This document shows, in pieces, positions 1 through 8,627 of a stretch of 64,000 nucleotides of DNA (position 1 is its first letter; each line of letters opens with the position of its first letter). The stretch is from Candidatus Uhrbacteria bacterium (GTDB lineage: Bacteria; Patescibacteriota; Patescibacteriia; UBA9934; GWF2-40-263). Made by a program: the position numbers and the translations under genes. The stretch is from assembly GCA_023246355.1 (NCBI GenBank), contig JAHFIQ010000003.1, positions 85,018-149,017 of the forward strand, read 5' to 3'. Below the pieces are notes generated by a model, which worked only from the letters and a program-made list of their open reading frames with translations, did no database searches and was not told the origin of the DNA.

Positions 1-511
1 CTTTTCCGATCCAGATCAGCGACGCTTCCGCTGTCCCCGCATCACCTTCATTCCAAAGCTCAGGAAGTTCCAGGGTCGTAGCATTGGCAAGAGATTCACT
101 TCGTCTACTTCCACTCTGGATTGTCTCTTCGACCTCTGGCTCCGGGGCATCAGGCACTTCCTCCCCCACGGCTGTCTGCCCATACTCAGACTCGTATGCT
201 TCCCGTGCCGCGATCGACGCGGCGGTCTCTGTTTCTGTGGTAATGCTCCAGGTGAGAGAGACGGATGAACCAGGTGTCCACTCTGTGATGGCGATTGAAC
301 GCTCGTCGGCATCGCCACCAAAAAGATCGACAATTTTCCCTCCAAGTCCAAGCACCGTCGGCCGCAATACGATCTCGCTGCCAATGGCGAGATCGAGAGA
401 GGCAGCCGCTTGCTCTGGTGTGAGATCTGAAACAGCGACTCCCGTGCAGCCAAACCCAAAAAGCACGACAAGAAGAAGGTTCCAGAACGTGAGCTGTCGG
501 TGCTTTTGCAT
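1..511 (-). CDS. secreted/lipoprotein-like hypothetical protein (C-terminal part cut by window start)
   Basis: Frame absent from the ORF track because it runs off the window edge. Manual reverse-complement translation from ATG (RC of 509-511) gives MQKHRQLTFWNLLLVVLFGFGCTGVAVSDLTPEQAAASLDLAIGSEIVLRPTVLGLGGKIVDLFGG...ELWNEGDAGTAEASLIWIGK, open to position 1. N-terminal signal peptide with lipobox-like LFGFGC. The two track ORFs here (16..585 minus, 84..689 plus) are low-complexity and were not preferred. Confidence 0.45.
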   Translation of the reverse strand, partial: MQKHRQLTFWNLLLVVLFGFGCTGVAVSDLTPEQAAASLDLAIGSEIVLRPTVLGLGGKIVDLFGGDADERSIAITEWTPGSSVSLTWSITTETETAASIAAREAYESEYGQTAVGEEVPDAPEPEVEETIQSGSRRSESLANATTLELPELWNEGDAGTAEASLIWIGK

Positions 512-560
512 AAGACGAAAGACGCTTTTCTCTCATAGGAGAAATGAGCGTTCAAAAAAA

Positions 561-821
561 TTATCCTTTTTTCCCTGCCGCCCACTCACGGATTCTGTCC
601 TCGCTCGTGGCGCCACAGATAAAATCTTTTGTCTCGTCATTCCAGAAATACGGCACACCGCCGCACTTCCCACCGTCGGCTTTCTCTAGATGTTTTGCGT
701 TCTCCTCGTTATGCCAGGTCTCTCGCTTTTCGATGATGATTCCCTCCCCGATCAGTTTATCCACAAGAGGTAACATATGATGGCAGTGCGGGCATTCTTC
801 GCCGTAGTAGAAGTAGAGCAT
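561..821 (-). CDS. thioredoxin/glutaredoxin-like small redox protein
   Basis: 86 aa with CPHC active-site motif (YGEECPHCHHMLP) and thioredoxin-fold-like length. Confidence 0.6.
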   Translation of the reverse strand: MLYFYYGEECPHCHHMLPLVDKLIGEGIIIEKRETWHNEENAKHLEKADGGKCGGVPYFWNDETKDFICGATSEDRIREWAAGKKG

Positions 822-877
822 AATTTGGGTAGTCCCAGGCTTTAGCCTGGGCGTGATTTCAATGCTAGAATCTTAAC

Positions 878-1462
878 ATGTCGATTCGTATTCTCACAGT
901 TGTCTTGTGTCTCTCGGTCATGGGGCTGTTGGTACTCCAACGTTTTTCAGGTCCACCGGAGCTGACCGTCACAGTTGCGATGGTGAATGAGGAAAGCAAC
1001 TATCACACAGGGGAAGAACTAGAGCGTGGTGAGATGGTGACAACACAGAACGGCTTTCTCGAGTTCACCATTGGAGAAGACACACAGGTGTATCTCGCGG
1101 CACAGACGCAAGTTGAGCTTCATCGAATTTTTGAAGATGAGGTCGTGCTGAAACTCAAAAAGGGCAGAATCGTCGTTCGCACAGAATCCGAGATGCCTGT
1201 TGTCATCAAAACAAACAAGACAGAATCTCTCATTCACAAAAGCTCTGCCTCTTTTGTGAACTATGACTTTTTACAAACCGTGCATGTGATTCCACTGAGT
1301 GGATCCGTGCAGCTCACGATCGGCGATGAGAATCTGCTCACACCCGTTCCCTTCTCGATTCATGAAACGGATCCTATCAGCTATGAGACGCTCGAAGTGA
1401 ATCTTGAAGCCGGCGACGCCAAGGCGTTTTATGAGTGGACAGACCACGTCACTCGCGAGTGA
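878..1462 (+). CDS. hypothetical protein with N-terminal membrane anchor
   Basis: 194 aa ORF with a hydrophobic N-terminus (ILTVVLCLSVMGLLVL). No recognisable catalytic motif. Confidence 0.45.
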   Translation: MSIRILTVVLCLSVMGLLVLQRFSGPPELTVTVAMVNEESNYHTGEELERGEMVTTQNGFLEFTIGEDTQVYLAAQTQVELHRIFEDEVVLKLKKGRIVVRTESEMPVVIKTNKTESLIHKSSASFVNYDFLQTVHVIPLSGSVQLTIGDENLLTPVPFSIHETDPISYETLEVNLEAGDAKAFYEWTDHVTRE

Positions 1463-1523
1463 CGTGGCAGGCGTTTTGACGGATGAATAGATCCCATGTG
1501 GTTGTCCACAGACCTGCTTGACT

Positions 1524-2588
1524 TTAGTCGATGATCCCGCCGCCGAGGACTTTTTCGCCGTCGTAAAAGACAATCGACTGGCCTGGCGTGACTGCGCGTT
1601 GAGGATGGCTAAACTTGACTAAGACCCCATCACTCCCTCCCCCCTTGATCCCCCCTCGGGCAGGGGGGAAAACTTCACACTCTTGTAACGGCTGGCGGTA
1701 GCGAATCCTTGCCTGGCAGGAAAATGGAACGGTTGGTTTCTCAAACCAGTTGAGTTGTGATGCGGTTAGCTCTTTCTTAAACAACCCAGGATGGAAGTTG
1801 CTTCCAACCACCAGCTCTTTTGTCTCTGGGCGTTTTTCAATCACATAGTACGGCTCTCCCCCGCCGATCCCAAGTCCTTCACGCTGACCGATGGTGTAAA
1901 ACGCCAAACCCTCGTGCGTGCCGATGACTTTTCCGTCTGTGGTCACGACGTTTCCAGGATCCTTGGGAAGACGCTGCTGCAAAAACTTCCGCATTTCGAC
2001 TTCCCCGACAAAACAAATTCCTGTTGAATCTTTTTTCTCTGCGACTTCCAGTCCTGCCCTGCGTGCAAGATCACGAACCTCGGGTTTGGTCATCTCGCCG
2101 ATGGGAAACAGAACGTGCGGCAAAACCGAAGGTGGTATCGCCCAAAGGAAATACGATTGATCTTTGTTTGGGTCAAGGCCTGAGAGGAGGTTGTAGGGAG
2201 TACGTTGTAGGGAGGAGGGAGCCACTCGAGCGTAATGCCCTGTGGCAACAACATCACAGCCTAACCGATCCGCTTCCTGAACAAACCGATCAAACTTGAT
2301 AAATTTATTGCACAAGACGTCCGGATTTGGCGTACGGCCTGCTTCAAACTCCTCGAACATATTCTCGACAACCTTCGCCCGGTATTCTTCCTCAAAATCA
2401 AACGTCACAAATGGAATGCCAAGCTTTGCTGCCACACGCGTGGCATCTCGTTGGTCCGCACGCCAATTGCAGTCAGACCAGTTTTTCATGAACGCGCCAA
2501 TCACCTCATAGCCATCCTTCAATAACAAAACCCCGGACACAGATGAATCCACGCCTCCAGACATACCAAGAAGGACTTTTTTTGACAT
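1524..2588 (-). CDS. mnmA: tRNA-specific 2-thiouridylase MnmA
   Basis: PP-loop SGGVDSSV at N-terminus; conserved GLDPNKDQSYFL and C-terminal PGQSIVFYDGEKVLGGGII. Carries an 8-aa insertion (PARGGIKGGG) encoded by a C6/G6 palindromic element at 1639-1670. Confidence 0.95.
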   Translation of the reverse strand: MSKKVLLGMSGGVDSSVSGVLLLKDGYEVIGAFMKNWSDCNWRADQRDATRVAAKLGIPFVTFDFEEEYRAKVVENMFEEFEAGRTPNPDVLCNKFIKFDRFVQEADRLGCDVVATGHYARVAPSSLQRTPYNLLSGLDPNKDQSYFLWAIPPSVLPHVLFPIGEMTKPEVRDLARRAGLEVAEKKDSTGICFVGEVEMRKFLQQRLPKDPGNVVTTDGKVIGTHEGLAFYTIGQREGLGIGGGEPYYVIEKRPETKELVVGSNFHPGLFKKELTASQLNWFEKPTVPFSCQARIRYRQPLQECEVFPPARGGIKGGGSDGVLVKFSHPQRAVTPGQSIVFYDGEKVLGGGIID

Positions 2589-2593
2589 ACAGA

Positions 2594-3895
2594 TTAGCCC
2601 TTCAAAATTTTCTCAAACCTCTCGACATCCTCTCTCACCACAAACACATCCACAAATTTCAGCTTCTCGTTGTACTTCATCAGCAGATCTGAATATTCCA
2701 TCATCGGCATGATCCGCGAACCTGCCAATACCTTTTTTTCGACAAACACGTCATGTGACGCATCTGATCCCAAGGAGGTCAGTTCTTTGCCGGCAGAATG
2801 TGTGAACCAACGAATGTTGTTCATCTCACAGATCGACTTGATCCGCTCAAGCGTCTGTCTATCGTCGGCGACACTCTCTTGCAAACGCAAAATCCGTCGA
2901 GCCGGCAGACGAGCCATGATGTGATGCGACCAATACTGTTTCGGATCGCGCGCGGCGGCAAACAACTGCTCAATCACCGCACCATCATGCAAATCCGCAT
3001 AGACATGAGGATCGGTAGGAATCGTGAGAGGAACTTCTCGCGTGGCGATCGCTTGCTCAAGGTAATGTATGAACCCGGCCTTCGTTTTATGAAAATAGAC
3101 TTGATCAAACATGTGATAGCGCGCCAAGAGGAAGGCCTCAAAGGCTCGAACGCCATTTTCGGCGAGCGTTAGAACAAACCGACCGTCTTTCTCCTGTGCA
3201 CTCATGCTGGAAATCAACCAGTCTATATCAAAGGCGCCGTAGGCCACGCCACAAAAATAACTATCGCGTAGCAGATAGTCCATCCGATCGGCATCTGCTT
3301 CGCCTGAAATCAGCTGACGCATCAGCGGATGCAGCGATTCACATCTTGATGCGATGGTCTCAAACCCTTGCGAGGGTTTCACCCCAGCATGGACAAGTGA
3401 GGCCACATCCTGAGCCAGATGCATTTCAAGTGCGCCCTCCTTTGCCATGGTCTGAAGCAAGAGCACACTATAATCCTCGTGATGCGCTTGGCGATTCTCT
3501 GTATCACTCCACCAGGTCCAGTCCATAGGCAGCGCATGGCGCATGGGAAAAATAGACTCACACTCATGGGAGAATGGTCCATGTCCAATATCATGAAGCA
3601 GACCAGCGAGCCGAATCCTCTGGCGCAGCCCGTTGATTTCCTCGGGGGTAAATCTCTCAACAAGGTTTGGTGTTCCCTCAATCACTTTTCCAAAAAGTCG
3701 CCCAGCGACATGCATCGCTCCCAGTCCGTGCATAAACCGTGTATGAACAGCGCCGGGATACACGTACGTTTGCAAAAAAGAAAGCTGTGAAATAAAACGC
3801 AACCGTTGAAAAAACGGATGGTCAATTATCTTTCGTTCAAATTCATCAAAAGCGATGCGCTTGTGAATCGGATCCCGAATCTCGTAGGGCTGCAT
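2594..3895 (-). CDS. HD-domain phosphohydrolase (dGTPase-like)
   Basis: HD motif LLHDIGHGPFSH plus RFMHGLGAMHVA; 433 aa. Confidence 0.85.
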   Translation of the reverse strand: MQPYEIRDPIHKRIAFDEFERKIIDHPFFQRLRFISQLSFLQTYVYPGAVHTRFMHGLGAMHVAGRLFGKVIEGTPNLVERFTPEEINGLRQRIRLAGLLHDIGHGPFSHECESIFPMRHALPMDWTWWSDTENRQAHHEDYSVLLLQTMAKEGALEMHLAQDVASLVHAGVKPSQGFETIASRCESLHPLMRQLISGEADADRMDYLLRDSYFCGVAYGAFDIDWLISSMSAQEKDGRFVLTLAENGVRAFEAFLLARYHMFDQVYFHKTKAGFIHYLEQAIATREVPLTIPTDPHVYADLHDGAVIEQLFAAARDPKQYWSHHIMARLPARRILRLQESVADDRQTLERIKSICEMNNIRWFTHSAGKELTSLGSDASHDVFVEKKVLAGSRIMPMMEYSDLLMKYNEKLKFVDVFVVREDVERFEKILKG

Positions 3896-3936
3896 ACCTG
3901 CCTATCCTAGTATGCACAGGACTTGCTGGCAAACGC

Positions 3937-6039
3937 TCAATCAAACCGAATCGTCTGGCCTGAACGAACTGTCCCACTTGTTGCAGGTGCCGCCACAGGA
4001 CGGGGTGCAGGAGGAGGTGGAGGAGTCAGCGTTGATGTGGCAATCACAGGTGGTCTTGGAGCGCTCGGCTGCCCGATAGGAGATCGCTCTTCACCTGGTC
4101 CTGTGGATTTTTTTCCACGTCTGCGGCGTTTCTTTCTGAGAGGATCAGCGGATTCTGTCGATGGGCGTGGAGCAATAGGTGCTGGTGATACAGAGGGAGC
4201 CTGAGTCTGCTTGCGCGCCTCACGAATTTTTTTCAAACAATCCTCACAAAACGCTGGTCGTGAACGATCAAGCTTCACGTTCGTGGAAAAATCCTTTTTG
4301 CATTCTGAACAAGTGTATGTTTCCCTGGGAACCGCTGGAATCGCCGTGACCTCTCGCTTCGGGATCACAGGAACCTCTTGCCTTTGGATAACAGGAGCTG
4401 CTGGTGCTGGTGCTGGTGCGGACGCAGGTTTTACAGGAACAAGGGCCTCCAGTTTCACGGCGGGCTGCTCTGATATTTTTTCTACCGGTGTCCCCTCTGT
4501 TGGTTTGGGAACAGGAAGAGGTTCAACCTTCGCCACAAATGGTTTTGATTTTTTTCCTCCCTTGCGTTCCTCACGGACAATCTCAATACAATCATCACAA
4601 TAAATCGGTCGCGAGCGATCAAGCTCCACAGGCAAAATGACTTCCTTAGCACAGCGCGAGCACTTGTATTCAAATCGCGGTTTTTTGTTTTCCTTGGTCG
4701 CCTTCTTCTTCGCCTCAGCTGCCTCCAAAAGCGTGTCCATGTCCGCACCCTCCATGCCGCTCCACTGCAAAATCTTTTCTTCGATCACGCCACGAGGTTG
4801 AGCATATCGCTCCCTGGAAACTTTAATGACCTTTTCTTCAGAACCTGTCACCTGTGCAATCGGCGGCAGGGTGAGCGCAGAGAACGGCTGACTCGTCACC
4901 CCATCGATGAGCAACTTAATGTAGACGTTGTACTTGGGCAGATTGATGATGTCCTCAGGCGTGAACCGGGGCATGAACTCCGTTTCCATGAATGTCGCAT
5001 CAGGCGATCCCACTCGAAACGTAATGATGGTTCCCACGTTGCCAAACACCGCGTCGCGCACTTCTTCACTCAACTGTGCCACATACTGATGCGCCATCGT
5101 CAGACACAGCCGATACTTACGTGCCTCGGACAAAATACTCGCGAACGACTCCACGGCAAAGTTTTGAAACTCGTCGACGTAGAGATAAAAATCCTTGCGT
5201 TCACTTTCAGGAATTTCCACGCGCTCCATGGCGGCCAATTGCATCTTCGTGATCAGGAGCCCTCCCAGGAGTCGGGAGTTATCTTCTCCAATTCTTCCCT
5301 TTGAAAGGTTGATGATGAAGATTTTCTCGCTGTCCATGATTTCACGCACGTTGATGGTCGACTTCACTTGCGCGACGATATTGCGAATAACCACCGCGGA
5401 CAAAAACTGACCAATCTTGTTTTGAATCGGCGCCACGGCTTCTTGTGCGTATTTTTCATTGTACGAAGCAAACTCCACCAACCAAAACTGTTTGACCACG
5501 GGGTCCTTTACGTTCCCCACGATCCGTTTGCGAAAGTCCGCATCTGAGAGCATGCGATTGATTCCCAGCAAAGTCTGTCCGGGATTATCCAAAAGCGCCA
5601 AGAGCGTGTTATTCAAAATATATTCCATGCGGCTGGACCACATGTTCTCCCAAATTTTTTGAAAGACCCCCATCATGCCCGAGACCACAAGATGCTTATG
5701 ACTTTCACTCACGGCTTCCAAAATGTTGAAGCCCACAGGAAAATCCATGTCCGCCGGGTTGAAATACACCACGTCGTTCATCCGCCAACTCGGAATAAAA
5801 TTGATGAGACGCTCGGCGGTGTCGCCGTGAGGATCAACATACGCACAACCGTGCCCTGCGTAGATGTCCGACAAAATAAGATTTTCCAACAGTACGGTCT
5901 TGCCCATGCCTGTTTTTCCAATCACATACACGTGGCGGCGGCGGTCGTCGGTCTTAATGCCAAACTTCGTCATCTTGTTGCGAAAATTCGTTTTCGCAAA
6001 ATAGTTGACCTCATTGTCGTGATCGTGATTGTAACCCAT
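3937..6039 (-). CDS. TraD/TrwB/VirD4-like coupling ATPase (FtsK/HerA superfamily) with tandem C-terminal zinc ribbons
   Basis: Walker A VIGKTGMGKT, Walker B YLYVDEFQNF, and a T4CP-like block SEARKYRLCLTMAHQYVAQLSEEVRDAVFGNVGTIITF. C-terminus has two repeated CxxC-x17-CxxC modules (YKCSRCAKEV...CDDC and YTCSECKKDF...CEDC) separated by Pro/Ala-rich linkers. Confidence 0.65.
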   Translation of the reverse strand: MGYNHDHDNEVNYFAKTNFRNKMTKFGIKTDDRRRHVYVIGKTGMGKTVLLENLILSDIYAGHGCAYVDPHGDTAERLINFIPSWRMNDVVYFNPADMDFPVGFNILEAVSESHKHLVVSGMMGVFQKIWENMWSSRMEYILNNTLLALLDNPGQTLLGINRMLSDADFRKRIVGNVKDPVVKQFWLVEFASYNEKYAQEAVAPIQNKIGQFLSAVVIRNIVAQVKSTINVREIMDSEKIFIINLSKGRIGEDNSRLLGGLLITKMQLAAMERVEIPESERKDFYLYVDEFQNFAVESFASILSEARKYRLCLTMAHQYVAQLSEEVRDAVFGNVGTIITFRVGSPDATFMETEFMPRFTPEDIINLPKYNVYIKLLIDGVTSQPFSALTLPPIAQVTGSEEKVIKVSRERYAQPRGVIEEKILQWSGMEGADMDTLLEAAEAKKKATKENKKPRFEYKCSRCAKEVILPVELDRSRPIYCDDCIEIVREERKGGKKSKPFVAKVEPLPVPKPTEGTPVEKISEQPAVKLEALVPVKPASAPAPAPAAPVIQRQEVPVIPKREVTAIPAVPRETYTCSECKKDFSTNVKLDRSRPAFCEDCLKKIREARKQTQAPSVSPAPIAPRPSTESADPLRKKRRRRGKKSTGPGEERSPIGQPSAPRPPVIATSTLTPPPPPAPRPVAAPATSGTVRSGQTIRFD

Positions 6040-6044
6040 AAAAT

Positions 6045-7676
6045 TTATGTGGGAAGATTTGGTGGTACAAGATCGTCCTCTGGCTCTGCGGTCGGAGACG
6101 TGGGTGAAAGCGGTGTATTGAAATCCTCGTCACTGGTGGCCCAGACCGTGGATTTTTTTTCTGGGACATCGTCAGGTACGACCGCAGGAGTCGAGGCTGT
6201 TGGCGATGGTGGATGTGGAAGGGCCTCTGAAAGCGGCTCGTCAGATTCAGGCTCAGCAATACCAAATGGAGAGGCGGGTACTGTTTCTTCCTCGGCAGCC
6301 GAAATATCTGACGCTCCAGGCAAGGACTGCTCGGCAAAGGTGATGGGCAAGCCCACGGGCGGTTCACCACGTTTAGATTCGCTCTTTTTCACGAGTGGCG
6401 CCTTGATGGAGATGGCTGGGAAGTGCCAAAGGGTCGCAAGCTCTTCTGTGTTGAGGAAAACCGGATTCGCACCAATCCCCCAGTTGCGGGTTTTGTACGC
6501 CTTCATGAGCGTGTGCTGCTTTTTTGTGTACACCCAACGCATCCAAAAATAATCGTCCTTGGGAACCTGGGGAATAAACAGGGTAAATTTGTTCAAGTTC
6601 AAATTTGAGTACTGGTTCCAAATACCTTTGACAATACCTGTTCGTTCTACTTTGACGAACACATTTTTCTTGGCGATGTACACGACGCGGATCTTGGCGC
6701 CAAGTCCAACCTTGCTCGCTTTGAGGACAATCGCCTCAGCTTCCTGTTTTTGGACAGGCGAAATCTTAAACGCTTTCCAAATATCTTTTTCTTCTGCCGC
6801 AGCGCCAGGGGTGAGCAAACCGCTCAAGTCCACATCAAGTGCCTCTTTAAGCAGCTCATTTGGGAGAGTCAAAAGCGATTCACTCGCAGACTCGATCATC
6901 CCTTTTTTCTTTTTTTCTTCCACGCCGTAGGTGGCATTCACATACTTGATGCCCTTTTTCATCCAGTCGTTACTAGAAGGCTGGACAACAATCTGAATCC
7001 AAAAATGCTCACCTGGACGCATGGTCCCAAGTTGCTCAAGCGTGTATCCAAGAGGATCTTTTATTTCCTGAGAGATCCGATCCTCGAAATCCACATAGGT
7101 TCGAATCGGAAACATCGAGTCCCGATCCAAGGTCATTTCCCCACCCCACATTTCATATTCGGTATCCGGAAAATCCACAGGGAATGGCTTGGTATAATCC
7201 TCGACTTCAGAAATCTGGGCATCCGGGTAATGGGCGTAGATCCCAGCTTCGACCACATCGCGAAATCGCGTTTGCGTGCGAATCACAAATTGGATATAGC
7301 CTTCAGTGGAAACAATTTCAAAGGAAAAAACCGGGTGCAGTTTTCCGTCCATCCATGTTTCCTTCCAGGTGATGGTGGATTTGGTCCCGTAGAGGTTCGC
7401 AAAGAAATTCTCCATGGCCTTTGGTGTTTGTTCGGTCATGGAGGGAACATCCACAGCCAAGTAAGTGAACTTGAGTTTGGCCGAATACAAACCACGACGG
7501 TAATCGCGCCACAACTCGGTAAATCCCCAGGCCAGCGTGGCAGCAATCGGAATCCACCCAAACCAGATCAACAAATCAAAAAGAATAGCGTCAATCGGTT
7601 GATCAAAGTAGGAACTCGAGTGCGCCACAGCTGTTGTGGCTTGTGCCACAATCGGAATCGCAAAAAGGGGAAGCAT
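6045..7676 (-). CDS. membrane protein partner of the coupling-ATPase-like gene (hypothetical)
   Basis: 543 aa with an N-terminal TM region (FDLLIWFGWIPIAATLAWGF), a large soluble domain and an acidic/Pro-Ser-Thr-rich C-terminal tail. Stop lies 5 bp from the next gene start (same strand), so likely co-transcribed. Confidence 0.5.
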   Translation of the reverse strand: MLPLFAIPIVAQATTAVAHSSSYFDQPIDAILFDLLIWFGWIPIAATLAWGFTELWRDYRRGLYSAKLKFTYLAVDVPSMTEQTPKAMENFFANLYGTKSTITWKETWMDGKLHPVFSFEIVSTEGYIQFVIRTQTRFRDVVEAGIYAHYPDAQISEVEDYTKPFPVDFPDTEYEMWGGEMTLDRDSMFPIRTYVDFEDRISQEIKDPLGYTLEQLGTMRPGEHFWIQIVVQPSSNDWMKKGIKYVNATYGVEEKKKKGMIESASESLLTLPNELLKEALDVDLSGLLTPGAAAEEKDIWKAFKISPVQKQEAEAIVLKASKVGLGAKIRVVYIAKKNVFVKVERTGIVKGIWNQYSNLNLNKFTLFIPQVPKDDYFWMRWVYTKKQHTLMKAYKTRNWGIGANPVFLNTEELATLWHFPAISIKAPLVKKSESKRGEPPVGLPITFAEQSLPGASDISAAEEETVPASPFGIAEPESDEPLSEALPHPPSPTASTPAVVPDDVPEKKSTVWATSDEDFNTPLSPTSPTAEPEDDLVPPNLPT

Positions 7677-7699
7677 AACTCAAACTAGTATATCAAAAA

Positions 7700-7730
7700 A
7701 CTGGGGATGAACCCAGTTTGATGTCTGCTT
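7700..7730 (-). terminator. intrinsic terminator downstream of secF
   Basis: Minus-strand reading AAACTGGGttcatcCCCAGTTT followed by TTTTGATA, immediately after the secF stop. Confidence 0.5.
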
Positions 7731-8627
7731 CTATTTTTTTAGACGCTCTTCCCACTCAACCAGCGCCGGACTTGCAAAGAAAATTGAAGAGTACGTTCCC
7801 ACCAAAATGCCGATCATGAGCGCCAAGGCAAAGGGACGGGTAGATTCACCACCAAAGAAAAAGATAGCGGTGAGCGCTAACAGTGTCGTCATGGACGTAT
7901 TCACTGAGCGCACAAACGTTTGACGAATACTTTTTTCAACGACCTGAGGAAATAGCTCCCCGGTGTGATGCGCAAGGTTTTCACGTGTTCGATCAAACAC
8001 CACCACGGTGTCGGAAATCGAGTATCCCAAAATGGTCAGAATGGCCGCGACAAATCCAGATCCAACCTCCCAGTGATAGAAGTGTCCAAGCACGGCAAAC
8101 GCTCCTAAAGGAATAATCACATCATGCGCCGCACACAGAACCGTGATGAGTCCGTACTTCCAGGAGGCAATCGGATCTGAAACTTTTCGGAACGCCCAGG
8201 AGATATACAAACCAATCAGCAGAAGCGTGAGTCCCACACCGATCAAAGACGAACGACGCAATTCGTTTCCAACCGTTGGACCGATGGAATCAAATCGCAG
8301 CTCCGTAAAGTCCCCGAAGACCTGAGTGAGTGTGGTGAGCGTGGCTTGATGCGTGGCTTCGTCTTGAACTTCTGATCGAATAATTAACTTTTGATTTTCA
8401 TCGGCTGACTGGACAGAGACACTCGACAAGGATGTCAGGGCATCTCTCACATCTGTGGTGGAAGGCGCTCCCTGCGTAAACTCAAGCTCCATGAGCGATC
8501 CACCAGTGAAATCCACGCCAAACTTGAGACCAAACACGAACAGCGCGACGATGCTCGCGACGATCAAGACTCCGGAGAGCAGGAACCAGTATTTTCTCAG
8601 GTCAACAAAACTGAAAGAGGTCATCAT
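7731..8627 (-). CDS. secF: protein translocase subunit SecF
   Basis: SecF N-terminus (FVDLRKYWFLLSGVLIVASIVALFVFGLKFGVDFTGGS) and polytopic C-terminal half. 4-bp overlap with secD. Confidence 0.9.
   Translation of the reverse strand: MMTSFSFVDLRKYWFLLSGVLIVASIVALFVFGLKFGVDFTGGSLMELEFTQGAPSTTDVRDALTSLSSVSVQSADENQKLIIRSEVQDEATHQATLTTLTQVFGDFTELRFDSIGPTVGNELRRSSLIGVGLTLLLIGLYISWAFRKVSDPIASWKYGLITVLCAAHDVIIPLGAFAVLGHFYHWEVGSGFVAAILTILGYSISDTVVVFDRTRENLAHHTGELFPQVVEKSIRQTFVRSVNTSMTTLLALTAIFFFGGESTRPFALALMIGILVGTYSSIFFASPALVEWEERLKK

Noticed and set aside
16-689. Track ORFs 16..585 (-), 84..689 (+) and 186..536 (-) at the window start
   Set aside because: Low-complexity, Arg/Ser-rich translations. 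A third minus-strand frame (not in the track because it runs off the edge) gives a clean signal-peptide protein, and that frame was annotated instead.
1271-1573. ORF 1271..1573 (-) overlapping the mnmA 3' end and the 878-ORF
   Set aside because: Overlaps two better-supported genes in another frame. No motifs.
5659-7688. Long plus-strand ORFs 5659..6552 and 6750..7688
   Set aside because: They lie entirely antisense to the coupling-ATPase and membrane-protein genes. They are Gly/Ser/Arg-rich shadow ORFs typical of antisense frames.
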